This document shows, one piece after another, positions 1-11,983 of a stretch of 64,000 nt of DNA. Numbering within the stretch: position 1 is the stretch's first letter; each line of letters starts with the position of its first letter. The translations under genes and the position numbers were made by a program. Location: the NCBI GenBank assembly GCA_951406725.2, contig OX597817.1, positions 13,516,001 to 13,580,000 on the forward strand. Direction: 5' to 3'. Under the pieces are notes generated by a model. That model saw only the letters and a list, made by a program, of their open reading frames with translations. It did not search any database and was not told the DNA's origin. The DNA comes from Octopus vulgaris. Its lineage: Eukaryota.

Positions 1-64
1 ATTAACTTTTATTTTTGATAAATTATAAAATCTTAAATCTTCTTGCCACTTACAATTAGATTTT

Positions 65-662
65 TAACTCTTTACCATATAAACTGGCCAAAATAATCTA
101 CTTGTTTTATGTTCAAACTGTTAAGATCTGGCCTCTCACACTTATCCTACAATGATACCTGTGCCGGTGGAACATAAAAAGCACCATCTAAACATGGCTG
201 ATGCCAGCGCTGCCTCGACTGGCTTCTGTGCTGGTGGCACATAAAAAGCACCATCCGAACGTGACCGATGCCAGCGCCGCCTTGGCTGGCTTCCGTGCCG
301 GTGGCACATTAAAAGCACCAACCGATCGTGGCTGATGCCAGACTCCCCTGACACCTGTGCCGGTGGCACGTAAAAAGCACCCACTACACTCATGGAGTGG
401 TTGGCATTAGGAAGGGCATCCAGCTGTAGAAACACTGCCAGATCAGACTGGAGCCTGGAGCAGCTCCTGGCTTCCCAGACCCCGGTCGCACTGTCCAACC
501 TGTGCTAGCGTGGAAAACGGACATTAAATGATGATGATTATTGTAAAAATAGTCATGTCATTGAAATCTCAAAGCTACAAGGTAGCGCATAACTAATTCT
601 TGTCAATGTGAATAAATAAGCATTACATTTGACTGAAAAACTTTGAATACTAAAGGGTTTAA
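65..662. mobile_element. TTAA-flanked piggyBac-type MITE (family 2) interrupted by an RTE 3'-end fragment at ~155-540
   Basis: Begins ttaactcttt and ends aaagggtttaa; internal sequence matches copies at ~2948-3565, ~23960-24188 and ~31102-31327. Confidence 0.6.
155..540 (+). mobile_element. 5'-truncated 3'-UTR fragment of RTE LINE
   Basis: Matches the 3' UTR of the RTE at 28606-30820, including ~63-bp subrepeats and the (GAT)n tail. Confidence 0.85.
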
Positions 663-1205
663 ACTTTGATTCCATTAGTCTTTTACATAACTCCCTAACA
701 ATCAATATAACCATTTTTTGTCCATGAACTCCTTTTATTGTTTTCCTTGGGAGGACCCCAATAACCATTGATGTTTAAAAATCCCAGTGTATTTTTATAA
801 TTAAATATTATTAGGAATTATATGAAAGTAATTGTTAAAATATTTTGTGTAATGTACAAGTCTAACCAATTTATTGCACATAAACTTTACTGGTCCGAAG
901 CAGTTTTTTCATGGTCCCTGAAAAATTATTGTGGACCCCACCAAAATCTTATATGGACCCCAGTTGAGAACCCCTGATCTAAGTGAATTGTAAATGAAAG
1001 TATTTTTTCCTTTATAATTCTCTTGCATTTTAAAAAAATCTTGTAAACCTTTTTATAAACTTCAGGAAATGCTCTCAATTTGTTTTATGAATGTAAAAAA
1101 AAAAGTTGCTGAAATGCAATATAAATTTAACAACCCAGTTTATTTAATAGTATTTATTCTGTCAATACAACTGCCAACATTTAAAATTTTATTTTCTCAT
1201 TTTAG

Positions 1206-1301
1206 GACAAACCAAATTTGGCTGATAATTCATCTGGACTATCGTGGATGAACAGTGAGAATTCTCAGATATTTTCTAAAGAAGACACTACTTTCTCATG
1301 A
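1206..1301 (+). CDS. Possible terminal coding exon of an upstream gene (DKPNLADNSSGLSWMNSENSQIFSKEDTTFS*)
   Basis: Pyrimidine-rich tract plus ttttag acceptor, 32-codon frame ending TGA, AATAAA near 1502, then TE-poor UTR-like sequence; no homology recognised. Confidence 0.25.
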   Translation, partial: DKPNLADNSSGLSWMNSENSQIFSKEDTTFS

Positions 1302-2947
1302 ATATATCATTATTTATTTGTTGATAACAAACAACTGCATTCATACCATTTCCTTGGTCTTTGATTCTATTGAAGATTCCTCCCTCTATAAATCTGAAGC
1401 ACAATGTTGAGCTGATTGTTATAGATATTTGTATCATAAACTTAAAAAAAAATACAAAGTGTTGCACTGTTTGATAAATTTGTTTATATGGAATAATGTT
1501 TAATAAAAATTACTTTTAATTTATTAGATATTATTATTGGAATTCAATTTTTTTATATATGAATATGTTTAAAATGTAATACTCAAAACTGCCAGTTTAG
1601 TTAAATATTTCATCTACTAAATACATCAGCTCATCTATTTTTTTTCATAAGCCTACTTTTAATTTTGTGACCTGTTACTGACACAGTCACACAGGTCATA
1701 TTATTTATAGCATTTACTACTTCTGCTTATTTTCCTACACCATATTTTGTCAATTATTATTATTATTATTTTTTTCACGACACTCATTTCTAGGGATGGT
1801 GCGTTCCATAGTTACAGTGGGCTGTGTATAACGTTGTTCTTATTGAGTAGGCATCTGTTAAATATTTCTAAATACACAACAGGCTGAATGCTTACAGCTG
1901 AATCAAAGGTCCACTACACTGCATTATTACAGAATTTCAAATGTTCTTGAGACCATTGTGAATATTATCTTCAAGTGGAATGCATTAGGAGTTAAAATTA
2001 GGGAATTTGATATCTGGTCCTAAGTTATTCAAAAGTGATTTTGATATCATTGTCTCTTACTGATTGCATATAAAGTTGCTCTATCTTTGAATTAACTCTT
2101 AATAAATGATATGATAGATTACAGAGAAATTAGTAACAGTATGTCAGTTACTATTTTGTGTTTTATATAGGTGTTGATAATGCCTGATATCATTTATATT
2201 AGCAGTTAATTCAATTTTGACTTATGTTATTTCTCATTGCAAACATGAAACTAAAGTTTGGAAATTAGTAGAATAGCCTAAAATTTTCACAATGATAAAA
2301 TAGTACAGTTAGTAAAAATTAATATCCCAGTTAATTTGAGGAGAGGGAATGACAAATGAATTATTGTCTAATTAGTAATGCAGTAACTCAACAAGCAGTA
2401 CATACATGGTTCATGTTTTTGCTGTTCATATTGATGCTTAAAGTGTACCATCTCTTGTTCATATGAGCACACATTTAGCTACGTTCCCACACTTTGTGTA
2501 ATTGAATATTTAAGCATACATGCTGTAAAGTTTGGATTTATGTAATATTTATGTAACTTCAAAAGCCTTATTTATATTTCGAAAACTGCTTGTAATTCTC
2601 AGTAGCCAATTTTATTGAAGAAAATTATTGTAACTCACCTTTAGAATTGGTACATCATGTTTTTGTCATAAGAAGCTACTAAAAGGATACCCTCCGTAAA
2701 ACACTGCCTGATAAACCGTCCAAACCTCATCAGCATGTTAGAGAAAATGTAAAACAATGACAACATTACTCCTACTCATTATTCTGTTTCACCATTTGTA
2801 AGTAATTTGTCAATGAATGTTGACAAATTATTGTTGCTATCTATCCAAGAAAGTAGAATTGATCTGGAAACAACATAGCCAAGAAAATTAAATTTTTTTT
2901 TTTTTTTTTTGGCTCCCTTTCTTGGTCTGATCCTTCTTGATGTCTTT

Positions 2948-3565
2948 TAATCCTTTAACATTTAAACCAGCCATATCTGGCCCAAATTGTCTATCTGTTT
3001 TATGTTCAAACTGGCCAGATCCAGTCTCTGCCACCTACCCTACAATGTCATTCTAAAATTAAATGATTACATCTTCAAAATCTTGAAGCTACAAGATAAT
3101 ACGTGATTAATTTTTTAAAGCAGGAGTGGCTCTGTGGTAAGTAGCTTGCTAACCAACCACATGGTTCCGGGTTCAGTCCCACTGCGTGGCATCTTGGGCA
3201 AGTGTCTTCTGCTATAGCCCCGGGCCGACCAATGCCTTGTGAGTGGATTTGGTAGACGGAAACTGAAAGAAGCCTGTCGTATATATGTATATATATATGT
3301 ATGTGTTTGTGTGTGTGTGTGTTTGTTCCCCTAGCATTGCTTGACAACCGATGCTGGTGTGTTTACGTCCCCGTCACTTAGCGGTTCGGCAAAAAGAGAC
3401 CGATAGAATAAGTACTGGGCTTACAAAAAGACTAAGTCCCGGGGTCGAGTTGCTCGACTAAAGGCGGTGCTCCAGCATGGCCGCAGTCAAATGACTGAAA
3501 CAAGTAAAAGAGTAAAGAGTATAAACATTACATATAATAAATTAATCTGAATGCTAAAGGGTTAA
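2948..3565. mobile_element. piggyBac-type MITE (family 2) interrupted by a SINE
   Basis: ttaatccttt ... aaagggttaa termini; same family as 65-662. Confidence 0.6.
3119..3520 (+). mobile_element. tRNA-derived SINE family A (CORE-like body, internal (TA)n(TG)n, AAAGAGT tail)
   Basis: A/B-box-like head (tggctctgtggtaag; ggttcagtccc), CORE-like cttgggcaagtgtctt; more than 10 near-identical copies in the window. Confidence 0.85.
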
Positions 3566-4918
3566 AGCAAGTCATATTCTATGAGAATCAATCCAACAGT
3601 CAGTCAGGAACAAATGTCACAACCTCTAAGAACCTCACCAATAGATTAAATCAGTGTTTCTCAAATGTGGGTGGGACTGTGAAGATTGAAAAATGGGTAA
3701 AGAAATTGTCAGGTTCAACAAAATTAATTCTTTAACACCAAGAAAGAAATATAAAATGATGGAAACTCAATGTCGTCTTCTCATTAATGAAAAGGGAGTT
3801 GAATAACTCAAAATTCCCCTAATATTGATGATATTGGTGGTAGGAGGCTGATACTTGTCAATTTGATGGCTACAGAAGCTGAAATTGAGTACAATTTGGT
3901 AAAACCCTGAGGTTTGTGAAAGAATTAATATGAAATGTCAATTCCATTTTATACACAACAATTTGATTATAGACACACCATAAATTCTCTTTCACTGTGT
4001 TGTTTAGCTCCAGGTCATCTTTGATTGAGCAGACCTTATAATCAAAGGTAATTCAAGTGACTGTCCTTTCATTTTGGGATTATCTCATATCCTCCCTCTC
4101 TCCCTTTTTAACACTGGGGGATATAAATTGAGGGTGATTTGGCTGATATTTGTAGCAGGTTGAGTGAATATGAATGTTCCTTTGTTGGTTCATATTTCAC
4201 TGCGTAAACAGAAAGCTAGACTTTAGTTGACCACTTTGTAATGAACAGTGTCTATTCATCCCTTCCACAACAAATGTCCCTAAACTGTTTGCAATACATA
4301 GTTTTTTTTAAAAATTGTATATCATTCATGTCCACAGTTTCCTATTTTGTAAATTTTAGTTCACTGAAGTAGCAACATTTGCAGTGCAAAAGGCAAGATT
4401 TCCCTAAGTGGACCATATTTTAGTTTAGATTTCTGAATGAAAGCATTTCACTTCCTTTTTGCTTCAATGGTCATACTTCATTTCTCCACTCCACTCAATT
4501 GTAATCTTGTGAATCATTGAAAGAAATCAATATTTAACAGAAGTGATCAATGAGATAGATTGCTAGATTGAGATATTTTACTGCAGCTCATTCAGTACTT
4601 CTTTGCTAAGGCAAAACTCATTTCTTTTCATTTCCAGTGTTGGTAAGATTTGAAAAATAAGTCGACTTAAATATCACCTATTGTAATTTCTGATCACAAT
4701 GTAATAATGAATTCAAATGATTGATATTATATAAAAAAAAAACAAAAAACAAAAAAAAAAAAAAACACACACACACTAATTGTGGTTAATGGATATCTGA
4801 TTTCTCTTTTCAAATTCAAAAATAAAAATTTATAACATTTTTCCATATAAATTTCAAAAAATAATTTAGATTTTCTTTATTTCATTTCCAGCACTAATAA
4901 AATATAAAAATATTTTTT

Positions 4919-5355
4919 TTAATCTTTTGCTACAAGAAGTGGAAGAAGTTTATTAGAAAGTTCATGTCTTTGATTATTCCAATCTATATGTGTTGGAGGT
5001 TCCAATTCACCATTCTCAAAAACAAAATACTGACTCAGTTCTATAGCTATTTTAGATTTGATTAGTCCAATTCCTCCGTAAAGATCTTTTGTTGGGTAAT
5101 ACACCCGACCATTGCTGGGTAACATGCATAGTTTTGAGGGCTCGAAGGGTACTTTTAAATCAGCTTTATACCCTCCATAATACAAATAGTCAGTAGTTGC
5201 TGAGTCTTTTACAAGCTCAAGATAAACAATAGGCTTATCATCACAGCTGATGAAGTTTCTTTCTCTGCCACACAGAGAAATATATGGGAAATCAGGATAT
5301 CTTTGTGTCTTGTTTAAACGAAGTCGTTTGAAGAAGAATTCAATAAATCTTTTTT
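4919..5355 (-). CDS. C8orf82: UPF0598 protein C8orf82 homolog, exon 3 (terminal)
   Basis: ttcag acceptor at 5357-5356; translates (E)KRFIEFFFKRLRLNKTQRYPDFPYISLCGRERNFISCDDKPIVY...NGRVYYP...GGIGLIKSKIAIELS...PPTHIDW...*, matching family motifs FPFLSPCGRERNFLRCEDRPVVF and GGVGLVRS. Confidence 0.93.
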
Positions 5356-6146
5356 CTGAAATAAGACATAGTTATTATGAAGATCAACTATAAATTCGAT
5401 CACCTTCTACAGCTACAACTTTTTGGCTTTTGAGAATTGTAATTGGATAGAAAAATCTTAAATGAGGCCTAAACTGAGTAGAGAAAGCAAATGAATATGA
5501 AATGTATTCAGTGTATGATGGGTATGAACACAATGCACATGGGTCATTCTATCAGTACGAAAGATCCTGTTTGTGATTAGGCCATTCAAGTTTGTCTGTG
5601 ACAATCTGAATGTTTTATGCCTTGCACATTACAGAATTTCTGTCCAACTGCTGAAAGCTATAAAACAGGATTTTTCAATGATAATTTACTGAACAGTTTC
5701 CCTTTAAAAAAAAAAATGAGGTTCAAACTATTGTAAAATGTTGGGTAAGAAATATGGTGGTTGCTTGACTATTTAATGATGATTATTAATTATCAGAAAG
5801 TTTACTGGCAACAATTAAGAGATAAAAGACTCATGTAGGTATCATATAAAGTGGATGCTCTATTCTGACCAAATTGGTACAATGTCTTACATCATCTTAA
5901 ATCTAAGCAAAAATCATTGAAAAATGACAAAGGTAATTGCTAAATTTTTTAAATCATACGAAAAAGTATATATAACAATATTCAAACTATCAACATTTTT
6001 AGGCTTAAAATCACATTAAACTTTTCAGGGTTTTTTTCACTACCAAACAAAATCAATGTAAAAACTCTTAAATTATTGAAATATTTTTTATTTAAAACGC
6101 TTTTGATCAAAATACCTCATTTTGGTAGATTAATCTGGAAACTTAC

Positions 6147-6195
6147 CTTTGAAGCAAGAAGTGAAATTCTTTATTCTAGCATCATGTAAAAATAA
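6147..6195 (-). CDS. C8orf82: C8orf82 homolog, exon 2
   Basis: 49-nt exon, ttcag|...|gtaagt; LFLHDARIKNFTSCFK matches human LFLDDSKMKNFITCFK; phases join exons 1 and 3 in frame. Confidence 0.93.
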
Positions 6196-6632
6196 CTGAA
6201 ATATATAAACATGGATAAAAAAATAAGATTATGGAAAAGCTGTGTAGGTTGCTAAGACAACCCAGGATTATTGCTTCAATAAAATGAATCAAACCAAATT
6301 TTGAATTTATAAGAAATGATCACCATATTTATTTGAAGCCAAAAGTAACAAGGTCTTTTATTTATATTTTAATGAACTGATTTTTGCAATAAAGAAATTA
6401 ATCAGAAAGGTGACTATTTTATTTTTAATCTTGCATGAACATTATATTTTCATTAAAAAAAGAATCAATTAAATTTAAGTGATTTTTTTTTTTTTTCAAT
6501 ATTGTTTCTTTCTGTTTCTATTTATTCGAAGAAATTAAATTAAAACTGAAAGACAACATTTTAATTTTAAAGTTCATGTACATATTACTGAATTTTCTGA
6601 GTTGGAAGCACAAAGATTCATAAATCATATAA

Positions 6633-6909
6633 ATGCCAGCGCCGCCTCAACTGGCGTCCGTGTCTGTGACACGTAAAAACACCAACCGATCGTGGCCGTT
6701 TGCCCGCCTCCTCTGACCCCTGTGCCGGTGGCACATAAAAAGCACCCACTACACTCACGGAGGGGTTGGCATTAGGAAGGACATCCAGCTGTAGAAACAC
6801 TGCCAGATCAGACTGGAGCCTGGTGCAGCCTCCTGGCTTCCCAGACACCGGTCGAACCGTCCAACCCATGCTAGCATGGAAAGCGGACGTTAAACGATGA
6901 TGATGATGA
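6633..6909 (+). mobile_element. RTE 3'-end fragment
   Basis: Matches RTE 3' UTR, (GAT)n tail. Confidence 0.85.
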
Positions 6910-7229
6910 CTTCTCCCTAGCACTCAATGTTGCAAGAGGTATAAGGGCCACAACATCCAGTTTATTCTCCTTATAAATCTGAGATAAGAAAATAAAGTTT
7001 TGCCTGCAAAAATGTTATATTAAATGTAGACGGAGTGTAATAAGAGTGAGGTGGGGACAACAGCCAATATGAGGTGGCATTCAATGGGATGATATTGAGG
7101 ATGCAAGGCAGTCAACATGGTGAGGTGATTCAAAGGAAAGCGGAAACGGGTAGCACAAGTGTATATCACCTGACTGACCAGACTATCAGATATTACACAT
7201 CACTGGTCACAATGCACTTTGCATCATTT

Positions 7230-7420
7230 TACCTTTCAAACAATGCCAACCCGCTGGCTAGGTGAGCAGGCCAACATTTGCCCCTGATTGAAAGGGTAAC
7301 TGGTACAACGTGAAATAGTGTTTCTCTAAAGAACACAAGGCATCACCTGGTCTGGGAATCAAACACACAATCTAGTAATTGCAAGTGCAACAGCCTAACC
7401 ACTAGGCCACACTCCCTCAC
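7230..7420 (-). mobile_element. Older tRNA-derived SINE fragment
   Basis: Reverse strand has tggcctagtggttagg A-box and gtttgattccc B-box; similar copy at ~30985-31100 (+). Confidence 0.5.
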
Positions 7421-7503
7421 CAAGTGCAACTCTGCTCTCGTACAATTACAGCAACTGAGATTGATCTATAGTTAGAAGAGTGATGGGTGTTCGGAAGATG
7501 AAT

Positions 7504-7906
7504 TTACTCTTTTACTTGTTTCAGTCATCTGACCGCGGCCATGCTGGAGCACCACCTTTTAATCGAGCAACTCGACACCCCGGGACTTATTCTTATTGTA
7601 AGCCCAGTACTTATTCTATCGGTCTCTTTTGCCGAACCGCTAAGTAACGGGGACATAAACACACCAGCATCGGTTGTCAAGCAATGCTAGGGGGACAAAC
7701 ACAAACACACAAACATACACGCACATACATATATATACATATATACGATGGGCTTCTTTCAGTTTCCGTCTACCAAATCCATTCACAAGACTTTGGTCGG
7801 CCCGAGGCTATAGTAGAAGACGCTTGCCCAAGGTGCCACGCAGTGGGACTGAACCCGGAACCATGTGGTTGGTAAACAAGCTACTTACCACACAGCCACT
7901 CCTGCG
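7504..7906 (-). mobile_element. SINE family A
   Basis: Full-length reverse copy of the 3119-3520 family. Confidence 0.85.
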
Positions 7907-8029
7907 AATTGTTGGAATAGCTTCAGTGCAGGAGCACAGACAAAATGATATGCTTTTAGGACTTCATTTTTGCTGAGGTAGACGGGTTTCCTCAACTACA
8001 CCAAACTAGTCCTCAACTAGTCATCTTTT

Positions 8030-8710
8030 CCATGAAGCTCGAAGCCCTGAGGTTGATCTTTACTACTTTCACCTTTGTCTTCTTGGGCCTCCTACCACAG
8101 ACCCCATCCTCATTTAGTGGTCAGCACTTGTTTATGCTGCTTTCCTCATCCATACATATCACATGATCATAATCGGTTCAGTCTTCTCTTTTCCACACTA
8201 CATATGATGCCTCTCATGACCAGCTTTTCTCTCAATACATTAGTACTTTGCCATATATGAACACTGGTATTGCATATCCAGCAGAGCATGCTAACTTCAG
8301 TCCTTTCTAGTCTTTGTATACCCTCTACTTTCATGGCTCATGTTTCATTACCATCTAGCATCACAAAATCTGCCTTTCACTCAGGGAGAAAACTTTCATT
8401 ATCAAAAGAGATAATAGCTCTCTGTACAGTTCTTATTCTAGTAATATGCTTTCAGAACATTTTCCTCCACTGCTAATTAAGTCACCTAGTTACTGAAGGT
8501 ACCTACTATTTCTAGTGAGCTTCCTGCATATTTTAGAAAACTATTTTCCGGTGTATTCTTATTTCTTCTGTGCATCTGCCACAGAAGTCTATTCTCTCTC
8601 TTAATCTTTCTGTGATTCCACTGGACCTCTTGTGTTTGCACTGGCTACATCATAGGGAATTTCTATCAATACCCTTTATAACTAGCATTTTCCTGATGCA
8701 AGTAGCAACC
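8030..8710 (-). mobile_element. Decayed RTE LINE RT fragment
   Basis: Degenerate reverse-strand similarity to the 29280-30000 coding region. Confidence 0.55.
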
Positions 8711-9223
8711 TGTCTGTTTTCATCATCGTTTAATGGCATAGGTTGGGCGGTTTGACTGAGGTCTGGAGAGCCAGCAGATGTCACATATTTTACGTGCGAT
8801 CACAGCAGGTCTTTGTGATGTTGCACACATTTAAATTTAACTTGAAAGGACTTAAAATGAAATGAGAAAGAATTAAATTTTAAAGACATTTAATAATTTA
8901 CTGCTTTCCAAAGAACGTGAGCTGTTAAGAAAAACAATTTCTTTTGGAGCTGTTTTTTTAATTTTATGTTGGCCCTTATCGGAGAGGCCTATCAAAAGTG
9001 TTCCAGCTATGGTATATTCATGATAACACTATATAATGTGACCATTCAAAGAGGTATAACGAGAGAGAGAGTTTTAGCCACTATTTCTAGTAAGTCGAAT
9101 GATTACGTGCAGGTTCCACATTGTCCTTCAACGGCAGTTTAGAGCATATAATTTATACACTTCATTCTAACCAGGAAATCTATATCAACAGAAAAGAAAT
9201 TTAATCAGTAAATTTTTTGAGTA

Positions 9224-9834
9224 ACACCTGCACGATATTCACCAAGAAAAAAAAAAAAACCCCGGATTTTTTGCATGGAATCAAGTACCCTGAGCTCCTA
9301 ATCTGCTGAAAATCCTTTATTTTGGTTTGGAAAAAAAAAGGGGGTGGGGCGTCCCAGAATTACTGGAAATCCTTTTTTTTTCCCCTCATTGAATGAATTC
9401 CTGTGACCTCCTAATATGCTGCAAAACCCTTTTGGAGTCCGAAAAATAGGGTGGGGTGAGGTGGAAGCCTCGGAAATTTAACCACCACCCACTCCCATTA
9501 ATCTTTTTTGCGTGGAATCAAGTACCCGCAAAAAATTCATGGTTTTTTTTTCCTTAGTGAAAATCGTGCTGGTGAAATAATTAAGGGTGGGGGTAAATTT
9601 CCAAGGCTTCCACCTCACCCCACCCCGTTCTTCGGACTCCAAAAAGGGTTTTGCAGCATATTAGCAGGTCACAGGAATTCAATCAGCAGAAAAAAAATCC
9701 CAATGATTCTGCCCACCCCACTTTTTTCCGAACCCAAATAAGGGATTCGCAGCATATTAGGGGGTCAGGGTACCTGATTCCACGCAAAAAATCCGAGGGT
9801 TTTTTTTTTTTTTTAGTGAAAATCGTGCAGGTGT
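9224..9834. mobile_element. Foldback/MITE DNA element with long inverted arms
   Basis: acacctgcacgatattcac ... gtgaaaatcgtgcaggtgt termini; ~270-bp arms are imperfect reverse complements. Confidence 0.75.
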
Positions 9835-10633
9835 AGAAACACATGTGTTATACCTGTAGTATTTTCCCCATATAGCTATTTGGTAAATTTTGGGGGATAA
9901 CAGAATTTACCATTTAATCTTTAATTTGTTTATTTTCCGGTCTCTCAAAACAGTTTTGTAATAGTCTCAAAACTTTTCCAATCGGTAGACTCATTATTTT
10001 TTTCATTATGAAGTCGATTTTCCACCTGCAACTTCACTTTACATCCTTCTGGAAGCGATAAATTAAAGTACCAGAGAAATACTGGCGCAAATTAATTTCA
10101 TACAATGCATCCTAAATATGAACCGAATTTATAAAGAAAGATCCGCCAATACGGTTTTACACAACATATTTAAGAAGTTACCATTTGGACAAGGCAAACT
10201 TTCAAGACGGTTCCACCGGCTTTTGGGGACTCACCTTTATTTAATCTTTGATATATTCTACAATTTAATTTCACCATAGTTTTTTTTTTTCGATCACTCT
10301 TTTTCAATCGTTATATATACATATATATATATATATAAAACTCAAAATAAACGGAAAAGTAACAAGTGTTCGCTTATGGTTCCTAAACATCAACATTCAA
10401 CCCATTTCTTTACCATTATCTTATACATTCCACATCATCAATAATTACGTTTGAGTTATATATCAGAGTTTACCTATTTCATCGTTATATAACAATGCGT
10501 TCTATCACGAAAACATTGTCACATTACCAAAATAGATCGAGATAACACGACCGACCAACACATAAAAATAAGACACCTGAAGGTTAATTACTGTTTTGGG
10601 AATATCATCAAAGGTAATCATTATCAAACAAAC

Positions 10634-10771
10634 CTGGCCTTGGTGATCGATGTAATAGAAGTATTCTCGTATGTTGGGTTCCGGAGATTGGCCTTGAATG
10701 TAATGAAGATTCCTGAATGAACGGAATAAAGGCGCCGCCGACACTCGGGATCGTAAAAGTATTTTCAACAT
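10634..10771 (-). CDS. C8orf82: C8orf82 homolog, exon 1 (start)
   Basis: ATG at 10771; MLKILLRSRVSAAPLFRSFRNLHYIQGQSPEPNIREYFYYIDHQGQ|gtttgt contains the hallmark YxQGQSPEPxxREYFYYxDHQGQ; Arg/Ser/Leu-rich N-terminus resembles a mitochondrial presequence. Confidence 0.95.
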
Positions 10772-11148
10772 TGTATAAAAGCATAAACAATGTTATGAGC
10801 AGGTAGCGGGGGATGGCGCGAGATTGTTGGAGTGAGCATGCGCAAGGCGGACAAAGTAATCTTAATTCAAGAAGCTCGATTGGCTGCATCCACAATATTT
10901 ATTTTAAAAATAACCAATGAGAACTCACGTTATAAAACGTTGTTTGGTTATTGATAGAGGATCAGTGAATCTCAACTGTAATTAACAAAGGTGTTGTATA
11001 CCTTGGTAATTTTTTTCAAATGTGATTTAATTACTAATTAACTACAGGTATTTTGGTTTCGATGCGAAATGGATACGTACGTTTCTGGTTATTACAACTG
11101 TCTCAACAAACTATAACAACTGAAATCGAACACTAATTAGGCGAAAGG
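10772..11148. promoter_or_regulatory. Putative bidirectional promoter and 5' UTRs of C8orf82 and KATNB1
   Basis: 377 bp between divergent ATGs, CpG-enriched, TE-free; ATTGG (~10879) and CCAAT (~10914) in opposite orientations; GCATGCGCA (NRF1-like) and ATGGCGCGA (YY1/E2F-like). Confidence 0.7.
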
Positions 11149-11182
11149 ATGGCCGAAGACCAGGAGCGTGTATTTAAGCTAC
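11149..11182 (+). CDS. KATNB1: Katanin p80 WD40 subunit B1, coding exon 1
   Basis: MAEDQERVFKL plus C|gtaagt; phase-1 donor joins exon 2 in frame and aligns with the human ...AWKLQ|EIVAH region. Confidence 0.75.
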
Positions 11183-11935
11183 GTAAGTATCTTCATTTGT
11201 TTCCCCGAGATGACATCTGTTACACACTTGTTTTCCTTCTCCTCCTTACAACTCTTCCCTCTTGTAATCTATATTTATTATTATTATTTCGCTCCAGTTT
11301 TGCCCAAAGGGTTTAAATTAGAACACTTCTGTTCCGATCTGATATCATTTAATTGAAATATACATTATATAAAAACCCATTCAATGTATCCATGCACAAG
11401 AAACGACAAATCCTCTCTCTCTTAAATATTTTGAAATGATTGAGCCAAAAGGTGTGCAGCTATTTTCTCGTTCACCAATGATTCATTTCCCAGTATGTGT
11501 CTCGTCGTCAACACCTGTAATTTCTTGAGGAAAATATTCGTGTTCAGTCATTTGTTGTCTTTTTTTTTTCTTTCTCAATATATATATGTCTTACTTTGTT
11601 GATTTTGATATCAGATTTCTTGTTCAGTTGTCAAGTGAATTCGATTTCACAACCGTTCGAGGTCATTTTAAATGGTAATATCGTTTTCCAGACAATTTAT
11701 ATTTCTTGCTTTTCTTTATTTTCTTTTCTTTTGAAGTAAAAACCAAGCGTTTCCACTTAAAACCTTCCAGAATAAATGAAATACAAATCAATCATTTGTT
11801 AATTTCTATCCACCCTATCATTTTGTTTCATAAACCTTTTATTCTATTAACGTACTTTTCAAAAAGTACTTCAATAAAATATAAAAGCACTTAAGTTAAT
11901 CGTTTTTCTTCTCGTTTTAGTTAATCTGTGATCCC

Positions 11936-11938
<3 letters not shown>

Positions 11939-11980
<42 letters not shown>
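11939..11980. repeat. (TA)n microsatellite
   Basis: About 21 pure TA units. Confidence 0.95.

Positions 11981-11983
<3 letters not shown>

Noticed and set aside
720-980. hAT-like terminus gttgagaacccctg
   Set aside because: Matching opposite TIR and TSD not found; too decayed to call
1948-1970. tgagaccattgtgaa resembles bantam miRNA
   Set aside because: Seed mismatch and no complementary arm forming a precursor hairpin
3075-3347. Recurrent 'MSSNARGTN...CPRCHAVGLNPEPCGW' ORFs across the window
   Set aside because: Antisense translations of SINE family A copies, not a gene family
10505-10633. C-terminal part of ORF 10505-10771
   Set aside because: Intronic read-through past the GT donor at 10633
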